Of a stretch of 63,866 nt of DNA, positions 50,560-63,866 are shown piece by piece. The translations under genes were made by a program, and so were the position numbers. The stretch is from Octopus bimaculoides (taxonomy: Eukaryota). Within the stretch, counting starts at the first letter, position 1; each line of letters begins with the position of its first letter. The stretch lies in NCBI RefSeq assembly GCF_001194135.2, contig NC_068988.1:53614398-53678263 (forward strand), given 5' to 3'. The notes under the pieces were generated by a model. That model worked only from the letters and a program-made list of their open reading frames with translations. It was not told where the DNA came from and searched no databases.

Positions 50560-51535
50560 TAGATTGCACCTCTGATTTGGACCACTAGTACCTACAGATT
50601 AAGTTCTGCTGTTTGTGGATCTCAGCATGTCTTTTGAGGCCTCCGTTGGATTTGCAAACCTTCTGGCATACACTGCATTCAGAGGTGTGCACAGACATAT
50701 AGTCAGAATAGTTGGTGGAGGTTTGTTTTCCATGGGTTCCCAAATGAGATTTGAGGCCAGCCAAAGACAGGCATTGTCTGTCACAGACTGTGCACTCAAA
50801 TAGGTCATTGTCATTCACCTTCTCAATTGTTACATTCTTCCTTAGATCTCTTTTGAGTCTTGCGTTATCCTGGCCTCTTCAAATGCTTTTACTCCACTCC
50901 ACACCTTTGTTCACTATCCAACTCAATCCAAAGCAAGGATGTCTATATCTTCTGGAACCATTCCAAGTGACTTCATAGTAGTCATTATGCTGCCCTTAAA
51001 CCTTTTTTTAGGATTACACCGATTAGTATTTCTTCTCTGCAAGCTCACCATAAAACATGTGTCAACCCCCTCCTTAACCTGCTTCCTCCATCTGTGGCAA
51101 TGACAGGCATTGCTCTCCCAGTCAGTCTCCTGCATATCACAGGCCTTTAATGAGGATTTGACACAGTTCTTAAATTGCAGTGAGCTGCTCTAAACTGACC
51201 AGGTATAGAAAGACAGGCAATTTTTGGTTCACCTTCTTTAGAAAGCTCACCATAAACGGCATGGGTTCATCTCTGCAAGCTCACCATAGACAGCATGGGT
51301 TCATCTGTCATTCGAACAATATGGCCACACCATCTCAATTGATTCCTCAAAATTATAGCTTTAATTGAGGTGATGCTTGCAGATGCATGAACATCTGTAT
51401 TTGGAGTAAAAGAACTCCATTTAATTTTTGAAATGCAATGAAGGCATTTTTGGTGGAATTGTTCTAACAGTTTAAAATGCTTTTCATAACAAGTCCAAGT
51501 TTCACAGGAATACAACAGGGATGGTAAGACAAATG
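50560..51535 (-). mobile_element. RTE/BovB-like LINE 3' ends (stacked), with terminal C2H2 fingers
   Basis: PSLLYSCETWT...FHQKCL...QLRWCGHIVRM, three YGEL motifs, PKKRFKG...LKSLG, then CTVCDRQCLSLAGLKSH and CSVCQKVCKSNGGLKRH. 51059-51244 is duplicated at 49508-49692. Confidence 0.85.
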
Positions 51536-51743
51536 ATTTGTACATATATATATATATATATTATATATATATATATATATATNNNNNNNNNNNNNNNNNN
51601 NNNNNNNNNNNNNNNNNNNNNNNNNNNNNNNNNNNNNNNNNNNNNNNNNNNNNNNNNNNNNNNNNNNNNNNNNNNNNNNNNNNNNNNNNNNNNNNNNNNN
51701 NNNNNNNNNNNNNNTATATATACATACACACATATATATACAT

Positions 51744-51863
51744 GCTTACGGCTATATCATGTTGAAAGCATTGGTTCTCATACGATCACTGAAGTTAAGC
51801 AACATCGAGCCTAGTTAGTACTTAGATGGGTGACTGCTTGGGAAACCTAGGTGCTGTAAGCAT
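51744..51863 (+). pseudogene. Full-length dispersed 5S rRNA copy, probably a pseudogene
   Basis: GCTTACGGCTATATCATGTTGAAAGC...GAAGTTAAGCAAC...TTAGTACTTAGATGGGTGAC...GGTGCTGTAAGC; terminal stem GCTTAC/GTAAGC intact. Several CpG-to-TpG/CpA changes relative to metazoan 5S, and no run of 4 or more T as terminator. Confidence 0.9.
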
Positions 51864-51875
51864 TCCATTTCTTCT

Positions 51876-52290
51876 ACGTGCAAGAGTGGCTGTGTGGTAA
51901 GTAGCTTGCTTACCAACCACGTGGTTCTGGGTTCAGTCCCACTGCGTGGCACCTTGAGCAAGTGTCTTCTACTATAGCCTTGGGCTGACCAAAGCCTTGT
52001 GAGTGGATTTGGTAGACAGAAACTGAAAGAAGCCCGTCGTATATATGTATATATGTATATGCATATATATGTATGTATGTGTATATGTTTGTGCATCTGT
52101 GTTTGTCCCTCCATCATCGCTTGACAACTGATGCTGGTGTGTTTACATTCCTGTAACTTAGTGGTTTGGCAAAAGAGACTGATAGAATAAGTACTAGACT
52201 TACAGAGAACAAGTCCTGGGGTCCATTTGCTTGACTAAAGGCAGTGCTCCAGCATGGCCGCAGTCAAATGACCGAAACAAGTAAAAGAGT
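51876..52290 (+). mobile_element. SINE family A, full-length copy abutting the 5S copy
   Basis: Complete head-core-tail structure. Confidence 0.9.
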
Positions 52291-53035
52291 ATATATATAT
52301 ATATATATATATATATATNNNNNNNNNNNNNNNNNNNNNNNNNNNNNNNNNNNNNNNNNNNNNNNNNNNNNNNNNNNNNNNNNNNNNNNNNNNNNNNNNN
52401 NNNNNNNNNNNNNNNNNNNNNNNNNNNNNNNNNNNNNNNNNNNNNNNNNNNNNNNNNNNNNNNNNNNNNNNNNNNNNNNNNNNNNNNNNNNNNNNNNNNN
52501 NNNNNNNNNNNNNNNNNNNNNNNNNNNNNNNNNNNNNNNNNNNNNNNNNNNNNNNNNNNNNNNNNNNNNNNNNNNNNNNNNNNNNNNNNNNNNNNNNNNN
52601 NNNNNNNNNNNNNNNNNNNNNNNNNNNNNNNNNNNNNNNNNNNNNNNNNNNNNNNNNNNNCATTGTCAATGCCGCTGGACTGGCTCCTGTGCAAGTGGCA
52701 CGTAAAATACACCATTTTGAGTGTGGCAGTTGCCAGTACCGCCTGACTGGCCTTCGTGCCGGTGGCACGTAAAATCACCCACTACACTCTCTGAGTGGTT
52801 GGCGTGAGGAAGGGCATCCAGCTGTAGAGACTCTACCAAATCAGATTGGAGCCTGGTGTAGCCACCTGGTTCACCAGTCCTCAGTCAAATCATCCAACCC
52901 ATGCTAGCATGGAAAGCGGATGTTAAATGATGATGATGATAATGATGATTTAGATTTGTCACTAATAATAATATCTTAACTAGTATTCATTTGAACTCAT
53001 TTATACACACACACACATACACATATATTTATATA

Positions 53036-53550
53036 TACTAGCTTTGAAGCTGCCCTTCAGTCGGCATTCAGGCTAACTTCAGCCCCACTATCAGGCTGCT
53101 TTGCAGCTCTCTACCTTTGTGTAATGTAATGCACAAACTTATTTCTGCAAATGTGCAAAGCACTCATGCTGATCACAATTTAATCAATAAGTGTAGGAGC
53201 GAGGTAAATGCAGTAAAAATAGTGGGAGTGGGGGGCAGTGAGACCCCATTTAAACGGCCCTTCAGAAATTGGACCACCTTACGATACTCCCTGGGAGTTC
53301 ATGATATGAAATTTATTGTCATTACTCCAATTTGGTTACCAATGCGATGTATTTAGTTTAAAATGCAGTAAAAATGGGGGTGGGACAATTTAGCGGCCCT
53401 TAGAAAATAGGCCCCCTTAGGACATTCCCTGGAATCAAGGGAGTTGCAGATATGAGCTTCGTTTTCCTTGCACCAACGGGCTAAGAGGAGTTAACGAACA
53501 TAAAAACTTAATGGACAGAGAAACATCACTCAAATTTATAATAGAATAGG
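53036..53550 (+). mobile_element. Possible non-autonomous Helitron/Helentron-type element
   Basis: Starts ATACTAGC, contains two internal about 170-bp related units (AAATGCAGTAAAAAT...GGCCCTT), ends AAATTTATAATAGAATAG. Confidence 0.45.
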
Positions 53551-53999
53551 TGCATGTGTGATTGTGTAGCTAAGAAGCTTGTTTCCCAAGCATATCGTCT
53601 TGGATTCAGTTTCATTGCACAGTACTTTGGGTAAGTGTTATCTACCATAGCCCTGGACTGACCAAAGACTTGTGAGTGGATTTGCTAGGCGGAAACTGAA
53701 AGAAGCCCTTCGTATACTTGCGTGTGTGTGTGTGTGTGTGCGTGTGTGCGTATCTTGAGCTTGCCTCACCACCACTTGAAAACCAGTGTTGGTTTCTTTA
53801 CGCNNNNNNNNNNGTGGATCGGCAAAAGTGATCGATAGAATAAGTACTCGGTTTAAAAAAAAAAGAAAAACGTAGGTACTGGGGACGATTAGTTTGACTA
53901 AAAACCTTCCAAGGTAGTGTCCCACCATGGCCGCAGTCTAATGACTAAAACAAATAATCGATAATATATATATATATACTCAATGCCATGGTAACACAG

Positions 54000-54557
54000 A
54001 TACTCAAAAGAAGTTGAGAGAAGATCTGTTATTGGTTGAACAAGAGATAGTTCGGTCGAATAACAGATACTGTTTTACAAGTCTCTTGTCTAATATGCCT
54101 GTCGGTGTCGATGACCCACTCACAAAGGCTGACAGACAGTCTCGCCTTTGTTTAATCTATCGTTATGTTGTAACAGAACAGAACCGGCAACAACAACACA
54201 GGGCGCTTCGTTGCTTAGCTGATTAATAATACACTACTGTTTAATTATCCCAGCATTGTAGTTGGCAGCAGGGGTATTTATGTAACTTTAATTCTTCTCG
54301 TGAGAAAATAATCTTCATACATTATTTCTACGTATGTCGATAAATTTTACTTATTAATTAATACTATTTACGAAGTTCTCTGCTTTTGTTATCACATATT
54401 TGTACATCCATGTAGTGTTTGAGCTCGCACAGGAGACAAAAGAGTCACCAGTGTACGGATCTCGCCGAAGGATTTATAAGGGTTATATACACTCGTTCAT
54501 TTTCTGCGCGGTGGAGCTATTTAGAAATTATTCAGTTAACACAAAAACAGCAATAAT
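54000..54557 (+). promoter_or_regulatory. CpG-enriched TMEM53 promoter / 5' UTR
   Basis: Elevated CpG from about 54040 to 54780; X-box-like AATGCCATGGTAAC just upstream at 53982-53995. Confidence 0.5.
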
Positions 54558-54748
54558 ATGGATGACGACTTTGAATACCATCTGAAGCTGCCATCGTCAC
54601 CATACAGTGATGCGAGTAAACACAGCAAAGCGGATCTAAATACCACACCGACAGACTGCATTAAGGAACCCGTCGTCATCCTTCTTGGTTGGATGGGTTG
54701 TAACTACAAGCATCTCTCGAAATACAGTGAATTTTACGAGGCGAAAGG
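54558..54748 (+). CDS. TMEM53: TMEM53 exon 1
   Basis: MDDDFEYHL...[28 protein letters not shown] matches human [29 protein letters not shown]; GG|gtatgt donor, phase 2. Confidence 0.95.
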
Positions 54749-57700
54749 GTATGTATGACACGCAACATCTCCGCAAAAGTACAAACGTGAAAGTACAAAA
54801 CACGATTGAAGGGTGGGTGGATACGTATATAGTATATGTGTAAATGTAGGTGGATACGTATGTGATGTCTGTAGTGGATGTACTTTATTGATATACTACT
54901 AAGGACTCAACACGTAAATTTAAAATTAAATATATTTGTGTGTGTGTATATACATACTGGCAAACCTTAGGCTTTGGTTATAAAATGTTAAAAACTGACA
55001 CTTTATGTTCGTGTATGATGGGTTTTGTTTTTCTTTCCTAATTAAATTAACTATTTGCTCTAATTCACCTCCTCATTTCGATGATGTTCTTACCAGACAA
55101 ATGATTTGATCTTCTGAGACCGTATATAGAAACAAAAATGATTGCAGTATGGTAGACACATATTATCCATTCCAAAATAACTAAATACTTCACTTAAACA
55201 TTTATCATTTGCTGTCAAAATTTTCTTCGCAAGAAGTGCGACTTGGTCGCTAATGCGATTCCCTTCTACTTTTTATTACGAATCGACTGCCCGTAATTTT
55301 GGTAATCAAAACTTAAAATGTCCACAATACATGCTTAGAATTTTTATGCCGAATTTCTCTACCACCAAATAAGTTATTTATTAATAATGGTTTTGGTAAA
55401 GTTTCTACATTTTAAATTAACAACTTCGCTCCTGTTGTTGCTTATGAGCCTCACCATCACCACTTTTTTCTATAATCCTCACTCTAAATTCTGAATACAA
55501 CTTGAATTTATTCCTCAGACCTTATTTCCATCACTTCTTAGAATGAATCAATGAAAATTGGGTCCCAATTTACCTAATTGTACCAAGTTTTGGTATTGTC
55601 TAGGACCGTCCTGGTTGGGGTACAAGTTTCGTGTTCGTAATTATTAAATCAACATTTTTTTTGTTATAAATGTTCTTTGTATCAAAATGTTACGTTTTAT
55701 TTTGGTAATTCATGTTTTAATTGAGAAAGCGATGCTAAAGATAACCCCCAAATTAAGTTTTATTCTAATATTGGTATCATTTTTCATTATTATTTGTTTT
55801 TAATGACTATAAATTGTGCTATAACGGTTTTGCAACTAATTCTGCACAGATGGGTCCCGTATCGGTCGAAGAAGGTAAATAATCACGACCAGATTTAAGG
55901 ATCTAGTTAAGATAATTCACATTTTCTGAAAAAAAGTGTGCGCCTCTCAGTTTCTTTTTTGTTCCTCCCAACAATAATAGGACTTTAATGAGTACAACGA
56001 ACCCATTTAGATTTTAATCTACTGTTGCACATTTCCTCGCTTCACCAGTTTGTTCCTATATGCCTATAGGTGGTGATGACCTGTATGAAAACGGGTCAGG
56101 CTGACTTAGTTGGAGCACAATAGTTACAGGTTTCGATTCCAGTTGGAAACCTCTTCACATAACTGGCATCGTTAATAGCCTTGAGTAAGGCAGGAACATT
56201 AGAAATATCAGTTCCTCTCCCAAAGGAAACCCTTTATTAGCAAACCTGAACTTTAATGTTTCGGAGATCAGCTGTATTTTTCATCGACTGTTTACTTATG
56301 TATCTCGTGGACAAAAGAGGACTCCTGGTTGCTATCCTACTGCGAACATTACATTATGTTGTAAGGTCCCAATCAGCTTAGTTCAAATAAACCTATAAGC
56401 ATAGCTTAGAGGTTTGTAGGTTGAACGATTGAGTGCGTTTTATTGATCCACGTGCTTCAGATGATATATCCTGCATCCATCGACTACTGGACGACAACTG
56501 CACACTCCGACATGCAGTGGTTAATCCTATGGTGTGCAATGTAGCAGTCTGGGCATGTTGAATCTTCTACATTGTCCAGTCTGTTCCTGTATGTCTGCTG
56601 CTTTAGTCCCAAGACAGCTCTCACTGATCAAAACTATAATCAAAGATGCTCCGTCCATAATTGCCCTGGTTTTCCTTTCTTTTCTTTTCTTTTTGTCACA
56701 GCATATAAATTAAAAAGCCTTCTTGCATAACATAATGATTAAATATTTGAACTGTTAAACCTATACCCAGATGACTTACTTCACTTCAAGCAAAATATTT
56801 ACCCTATTTCTGTTATTTACTGTGATCCTATTTGTAACCCTTTTCAACTATAAAGCACTTGATGTGTCATCTACTTACATCACATTTGAGCTATGCAACC
56901 AATTCTTTCAAAACTTATGGGAGGGGTGGTCTGAGCTAGTTAACATCAATAATATTTATGATATTATATGGGCCATCTTTATTTTGTGGCTGTTCACTTT
57001 GATATTTTGTGATATTGAGTAGTGTATTTTCACATCATATATTTATGTAATGTTAGTAATTTTGTTTATGTTTCATCTTTCATCTTTCATTCTTCTTCCT
57101 ACGTTGACTGTTTTCCATTAAGGTTTGCATGGGGACTGGTGCCACGTAAAAAGCACCCAGTCCACTCTGTAAAGTGGTTGGCATTAGAAAGGGCATCCAG
57201 CCATAGAAACCATGCCAAAACAGACCATGGAGCTTGGTGCACTGGCTTGCCAGCATGGAAGATGAATGTTACATAATGAAACTGTTGTACAAGGAGAGAA
57301 ATTCATCAACATCTGGCTAAGTAATGGGATTTGTAATGTCTTGTAGCTACAAGAATCTCTAGCTCTCCAATAAATAGCTTTTCAATAAATTAGCTCTTCA
57401 CCCCAGTTGTTTTGTGTCCCACCACCACCACCAGTCATAGTATATATAGAACCATGGGAGATTTGGCTGCTATTTTTATTAGTTTGGATGATGTTAGAGG
57501 AGTATTGAACCTCATCAAGATTTGAACATGAACATAGTTACTATATTTCAAAGAAGATATCTCTGCTGACCACATCATTGCAGTATTACTTGGTCAAACT
57601 CTTGAACCTGATCTATTGACCCATCTTTACTGTTCTGCTAAGAAGCCTCTATAACCCATCACTCAGCCTGATAAAAAAATAGTAGCCAAATTTCAGTGGT

Positions 57701-58154
57701 TCTAAATACACTGTTACTAAATGGTGGGAAAGAACTAGATAATCATATCTTGGATGCCTTTGATTAAAGATCTATTTTATCAGGGCTGACTTGAGACTCA
57801 GCAAAAACAGTGAACCATTGATACTTAAAACTATATCACAGCATGTGTTCCCATCTCTTGTTCATCTACCATTACTGTAAGATAGTGTTTGTCATGTACC
57901 CTCTTCTCCCTTTCTTCAAATTGACTCTAGTACCACAATGGTATACATTACCCAATGTAATAGTATTTCTTGCTATAATGTTATAAATTCATTCCTATGT
58001 TGGTTTACATAATCCTGTTTTAATTTCCCAGTCTGACATAGATCTAAAAATCAAGGTTTATTGGATTATTGGAGTAGGCCTGAATGTTACAGCTGGATGA
58101 CTGCTATTTCTATGTCTAACGCAATGGTTTATAGAGGTTTTTTTCCTTTCTTTG

Positions 58155-58259
<105 letters not shown>

Positions 58260-59260
58260 AGAGAAAATAAGTTTTTTATTGCAATTTGTACATAACATCA
58301 AAACTGGATTAAAAAAAAAAAAAAACTAAATTTTAACCTGTATATAATTTAAACTACAGAAAATTATGTTCTTAATTCTTACTTCAATAAATGATATATC
58401 TAATTATCCTGGCTTTATAGACAGAATATCAGTTTTTATTTTTTACATTTAAAAAAATATATAATTTTATTTTTGCATTGTTCCTGTTTATTATGGTACA
58501 TCATTTGTGAACCTCACCTTTAGCCACTCAGCTGTGATGTGATACCAATGATGGCTTAGGTGCATGCAATATCTCTTTATGTCACAATACATTGCCTTTA
58601 GCATCCTTTGAACTCTTTTATCTTCTGGTCAGTAGACTTTTTATCTTCTGTTATGTAGTGTTTCTGTCTTACCGTTTCCTTTGTATGATCATGATCATAT
58701 CCAGCCCAAATATTCTTCCTGCCTTATTATCAACCCAGTCAGGTCTGGCCTCTCACACCCAATAATGTCTTTATGAAAATAAAGAAGCACATCATTAAAA
58801 TACCAAAACTACAATATAATGCATGATTAATTCAAAACAGCATGAATAAATAAGCATTACCTTTGACAGAATAATATGAATGTTAAAGGGGCTAAGAACT
58901 AAACTTCTTAACTATTTGACTTTGTATCCATATAGCATATGTAATGTGTAGTGTTATAAAGTTTAAACGCCAAATATATATTAAAACCCAAATTTATAAA
59001 TAAATTAGATACATTTCATATCTGAAATTCATTTTTAATTCACTGTAAGTAATATGAGGTTATGATTAGTATGACTGATATTTCTGATGATGATGTATTT
59101 TTCTTTACTAGTTTTACTGTATTTTACTGTCTCACCTGTATTTAGCTATGAAATACGGCAAGATGATGTAAACAAAATACTAAATTAGATATTTTTTAAC
59201 ATATTGTTTCTTGCTTACCTATATGGCTTTTTATTAACTTTGAATTTTCACTAATTGCAG

Positions 59261-59924
59261 GTGTGTCACCATTTCTTACATTGCTGCCACCTCAACTATT
59301 TTGTTCAGTCCGGCAAAAGCTAAAGAACATGCCCAGAAAATCCTTCAACTTCTTATAGATTTCAGTTATGAAGATAACCCTATTTTTTTCCACATCTTCA
59401 GTAACGGAGGTTCCATCATTTATCAACATGTTTGTTCACTCTTAGGCAATGCTGCAGAGTTTAAACACCTTAAAGTTTGTGGATCTGTTTTTGACAGTGC
59501 TCCAGGGAAACCTCGGCCAATCAATGCTATAAAATCCATTCTGATTGTTTTCCAACATTGGAATATTATCTTTCGGTTGTTTGCTGCTCTCTTTTTGTTC
59601 ATCTATCTACATTTCACTGTCATTAAACACAAGATTTATACTTATTTTATGGGACCAGACCATGGTGATGTCTATTCATTCCTGAAAAATGACTCCAAAC
59701 ATTTGATGCCTCAGCTCTATCTATATTCCTCTGTTGATAAAATAATACCATCTGACGACATTGAACAATTGATAAAGTTTCGTGAAGAGAGTCTTGGGGT
59801 TAAAATCTTTAAACATAAATGGACAGATTCTTCACATGTCAAACACTTTGTCTCTCATAGGGAAACCTATATTAACACTTGTTACAGCTTCTTGGATACA
59901 TGTCTGAAAAAACTTATTCAATAG
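59261..59924 (+). CDS. TMEM53: TMEM53 exon 2 (DUF829 alpha/beta-hydrolase-like)
   Basis: ttgcag| acceptor in phase 2; FHIFSNGG, IFDSAPG-like, PQLYLYSSVD and SSHVKH motifs with a central hydrophobic segment; TAG at 59922-59924. Total 855 nt = 284 aa. Confidence 0.96.
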
Positions 59925-61905
59925 TCTGAAAGTTCAAAGTTTTAAGCCAAGGTTTGGAAATGTATTTTCTATTTTTTTTATATATTTTTTTAATTAGATT
60001 AATTATTGTTGCTTCATACAACCTAAAGGCAAGTATATGTTATAGTCACTTTTTTGCCTAATTATTGGATTTAATAGCAGTGGTGGGCTAATTGTTTCAA
60101 TAATATATCTGCAATTATACACATTTTCTATCTAATTTTATCCATGCATTAAACAGTTAAAAGAAGTGATGAAAATAATAACCCAGAGCATGACCATTCC
60201 ATCTGCTGAAACTAGTGCTTGTGTTTGTATCTCGGAAAAAAAATATATTTTCTTTATTATGTTACCAGCATGGCTTACTGTGAAGAATTGAATACCTTAC
60301 AAGACATATTGTGATTGAAAATAAATAATATAGAATTAAAGGATGGCTTAAAAGTAGTCCTAAAAGGTATAGGGTTTCAGTAGCTTTAAGGGTTTTTGAT
60401 TTTGTTTTCCTTCACTAAGCCTCCCTAAGTTCAGGTAAAGTGACAGTCATGAGTGGATTTGAATTCTGCAGGCAGTAAACAATTTGGAAGAATGTCTAGG
60501 CATGTTTTATATTTATAAAATTGTAAAGTGTGGTTAGTGAGGATGTCTAAAGATATAGGAGAGAATTTAAAGCCAGGAAGAGAATTTATTCTTGGACATT
60601 TGAGGGAATGTAGAGATCAAAGGGGTATTGTCAACAGAAGTGAACACCTCAAATAACAAAGAAGTTTTAAATGTATTACAATAGAAAAAAATTTGACTCT
60701 ATTGTCTGCATATCCTAAATAGCTTTTAATATGAACTGTTTGAACCTTGGATTAAGTTTAAATTACTGTAGACATAGCTTTTCAGTTCCTTTATATATAT
60801 GGGTATGAAGGAGAGAAAAATCAATGTTTCCATTATCTTTGAAATGTTAGCAGTAAGATGATTCTAGTGAGGTTGGAAGTTCTTTTTATTGTATGCTTAC
60901 GCTAAGGGAGGTTGAATTAATTTTTCAGTATAGAGTAGTGTTTTTTGGAAAATAAGAGACCAGATGAAAATTTGATTGAGGGTATGGTTTGTGTTAAGAT
61001 TAGAATTGATGGTGAAAGTACATGGCCTAGTGGTTGAGGTGTTGCACTCATGATCATGAGACCGTGGTTTCAATTCCCAGACTGAGCAGTGCATTGTGCT
61101 CTTGAGCAATACATTTCAGTTCAGGTTACTCTTCAATCACTTCAACATCTGACATGTGGCACACCATGCACCTGTACAGGTAATATCCATTTGTGGAGAG
61201 AGTGGGATCAGGTACAGCACAAACATTTGATCACTATAAACAAATCATCTGTGTAGGGTGCTCAGCAAGAAGTTACAGAATCATTTTCCTTGGACTACAA
61301 GAAACTACCATAAAGGAGTTGGTAATGAAGTGAATGAATGGTGTTGGTTGCAGGGGCATGGGTGTTGCTGACAGTCAAATCTGGGTTGAGCAGAAAAGAA
61401 AATATAATAGAAAGTTGACGAAAATTCTTTGTCTAAGACCCAGCTGTTTTGTTTCAGTGAGCTAATGGATAAATCATTCCTTTTTGTAGTGATTCATGGA
61501 GGAGGGTTGTGCAAGGATAAGGGACTAGGGGACAAATTACAGTGGGATTATTTTAACATCCACTTTTCCATGCTTGAACCTGAAATCATGTGGTTGGGAA
61601 GCAAACTTTTCAACCATACAATCATGTCTATGCCTATTACTTATTTTAGAATGGAGCATAGAGGACAGGTTGGTAAAAATAGTGGACTTCGTTTTGTTGG
61701 GGACTAAATGTGATCAGTACTAACATAATGTGACTACAATAGGTGAAGATTGTTTCTCAGAAAACAGTGTAGTAAATTCAATGAATTTTGTTTTTTGTAT
61801 TGGAAAATTGATAATCTTCACTGTTTTTTAATGCTGTTTTTCTCATTACAAATTTATTTCTTTTTCAGAATCTGTGTGCTATGACAATGAGATGAGATAT
61901 ATATA

Positions 61906-61949
<44 letters not shown>

Positions 61950-63866
61950 GTAATACTCTGCTTGTCACAACATTCATGTGTTCGAGTGTTATGTATGAAA
62001 TGGTCTTAACCATGGAACAAAATTGAAGACATAGTTGAAATTTTTAACAAAATGAAACAATCTTTTGAAGAGCAATCAATTTAAGCATCAAATAAATATT
62101 TTTTTAAATGTATAAAATGTAAAATTTCCACAGGTCCTGCTAATTATCATATGGCTGATTAACTCATTTGTCAGTGCTCACAAAGATGTTGTGCAAGTTT
62201 TTTTTTTAATCTCCCAAAGGCACACAACTAGCAAGATCATATTTGTATGAAGGCTTATATAGTGTATTTTTTAAATTTTAATTTTATATGCTTAAGTTTT
62301 GTTAAATAATGGCTTTCAAATTTTGGAATTTATTTATTTCAACAGTTAAGCTTGGTGAAACCTAGGTTTGGAATATTGACTAGTTCAACTCATTAGCATT
62401 TAAACCAACCATATCTGGCCCAAATATTCTACCTGTCTTTTGTTCAAACCAGATAGATATGACCTTGCACACCTATCTTACAATATCATTCTAAAAGTAA
62501 CCAATCATTGAAATCTTGAACTTACAAGATATGCATGCTTAATTCAGAACAATAAATAAACATATTTGACAGAGTAATCTGAATGCTAAGGTTATCGTGT
62601 GGTTTGTGACAATAACAATGGTAATAGGTGGGGTAAACAGTTCCTTCAAATTCATTAATGTTTCTGGTCTTTATCTTCTAACCTAAAAGAAAAACTTTTT
62701 AAAAAAATCCTGTGAGTTGTGAATGTATACATTTGTAAGTCTGTATTTGAAATTTTGATTACTTGGTTTGAATAGATTATAATCTCCTCGGAGTGCATAA
62801 CAATATTTTCTGGAACATCAGCTAATTCTTGAGGTAGCAGACTGTTAAATATTGCAATGGGGATTTCATTTGAATGTAGTACAAGTCGTATTATAGTGTC
62901 AAAATCAGGTCCTGATAAAGTAAAACCAAGTGAAAGTTTGTGCTCAGCACACCCAAATTACCTAGAACTGTCAAATCTAATTCAATAGACAAAAAATTGA
63001 AATTTGTTCCCCAGTGTTATCTTTTAGTAAGCCAATCTCTCTTTGCTGTGCCATCTAATGTGATTTGACCCTTTACCTGTCCTGTGAATTACATCAGATA
63101 CACAGGACATATTTTTCTGGTGTCTAAGCATCATAGAGTAACTTGGGACTTATGAAAGGAAAGCTTTATACTAGTCAGAATGTATGAAATAAGGGCTAAC
63201 TAGAAGTCTGAAAAAAAGTGTGGCGGTTTATAACAAACTTATGAAAATGCTTTGAACAAGCAAAGGGTTAAGTGACCATTATCATAACCTAGTGATTCAG
63301 TGACATTCATTTGTCTACATTCTTAATTCATATCTCAGCAAAATCCCATTATCTTTCAATTTTCTTGGAGTCAAAACCAAAATATGTGGTCTAGTGAGTG
63401 TCACAATTGGTTACTGTCTTTTTATATTAATCTGTGACAACCCATGATCAAAGGCGACCCAATTGTGACCATCCTTTACTTTTAGGAGTATGTCTGAGAT
63501 TACATTATCCAATGTGTCTTTTTCTTATTTAAGATAGTAGTGTGATTTGAAGGAGACATAACTGCTACTTCTAGGAAAATGAGTGTTCACATACAGGATG
63601 CATTCTTTTTCCCTGTATCAGGCATACACAACCTTTGAGGAGGGACCACATGTAACATGGTTCATTATCAAACAGGACAATTATTTAAAAAATTGAAGGT
63701 GGTTTTATAATAGGCACACCATTCAGATGTGGCCCACAGGCTGCAGTTTCCCTGTGACTGTCGTAGATGGTGAACTGACTCGTTTTAAGTCATTTTAACT
63801 GAAACTTGTCTCAAAGATTCTAGGTCCTTGCAGGCAGACCAGTTATATATATATATATATATATAT

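Noticed and set aside
50585-50818. Two C2H2 zinc fingers as a host zinc-finger gene
   Set aside because: They directly follow RTE ORF2 tail motifs on the same strand, as is typical for RTE/BovB 3' ends.
56771-57022. 83-aa hydrophobic ORF in the TMEM53 intron
   Set aside because: T-rich composition explains the hydrophobicity; no recognisable homology or splice support. It remains only a remote smORF possibility.

Overview
AT-rich, repeat-dense draft-assembly window (many N gaps, long microsatellites) from an animal genome. The SINE repertoire looks like Octopus/coleoid cephalopod (inference). Three host genes can be built by hand. (1) A 12-exon minus-strand ARMH1 (C1orf228) ortholog, 45172->17266, about 411 aa; its first intron has U12 (minor spliceosome) signals and a canonical RFX X-box lies 85 bp upstream of the ATG. 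(2) A 2-exon plus-strand TMEM53 (DUF829) ortholog, 54558-59924, 284 aa, head-to-head with ARMH1 as I recall it being in human. (3) An intronless 328-aa orphan gene (13638->12652, minus) encoding a signal-peptide, Cys-rich, internally duplicated, probably GPI-anchored surface protein with no homolog I recognise; this is the best novelty candidate. A possible fourth gene starts at 181 and runs off the left edge. The rest is mobile-element debris: Tx1/L1, CR1-like, R4/Dong, RTE and Penelope fragments, Tc1/mariner relics, hAT/piggyBac/foldback MITEs, Helentron-type elements, several SINE families, a decayed 5S rRNA copy, a degenerate TTAGGG-like array and a modular minisatellite. No database search was run; homology calls rest on recalled protein sequences and motifs.
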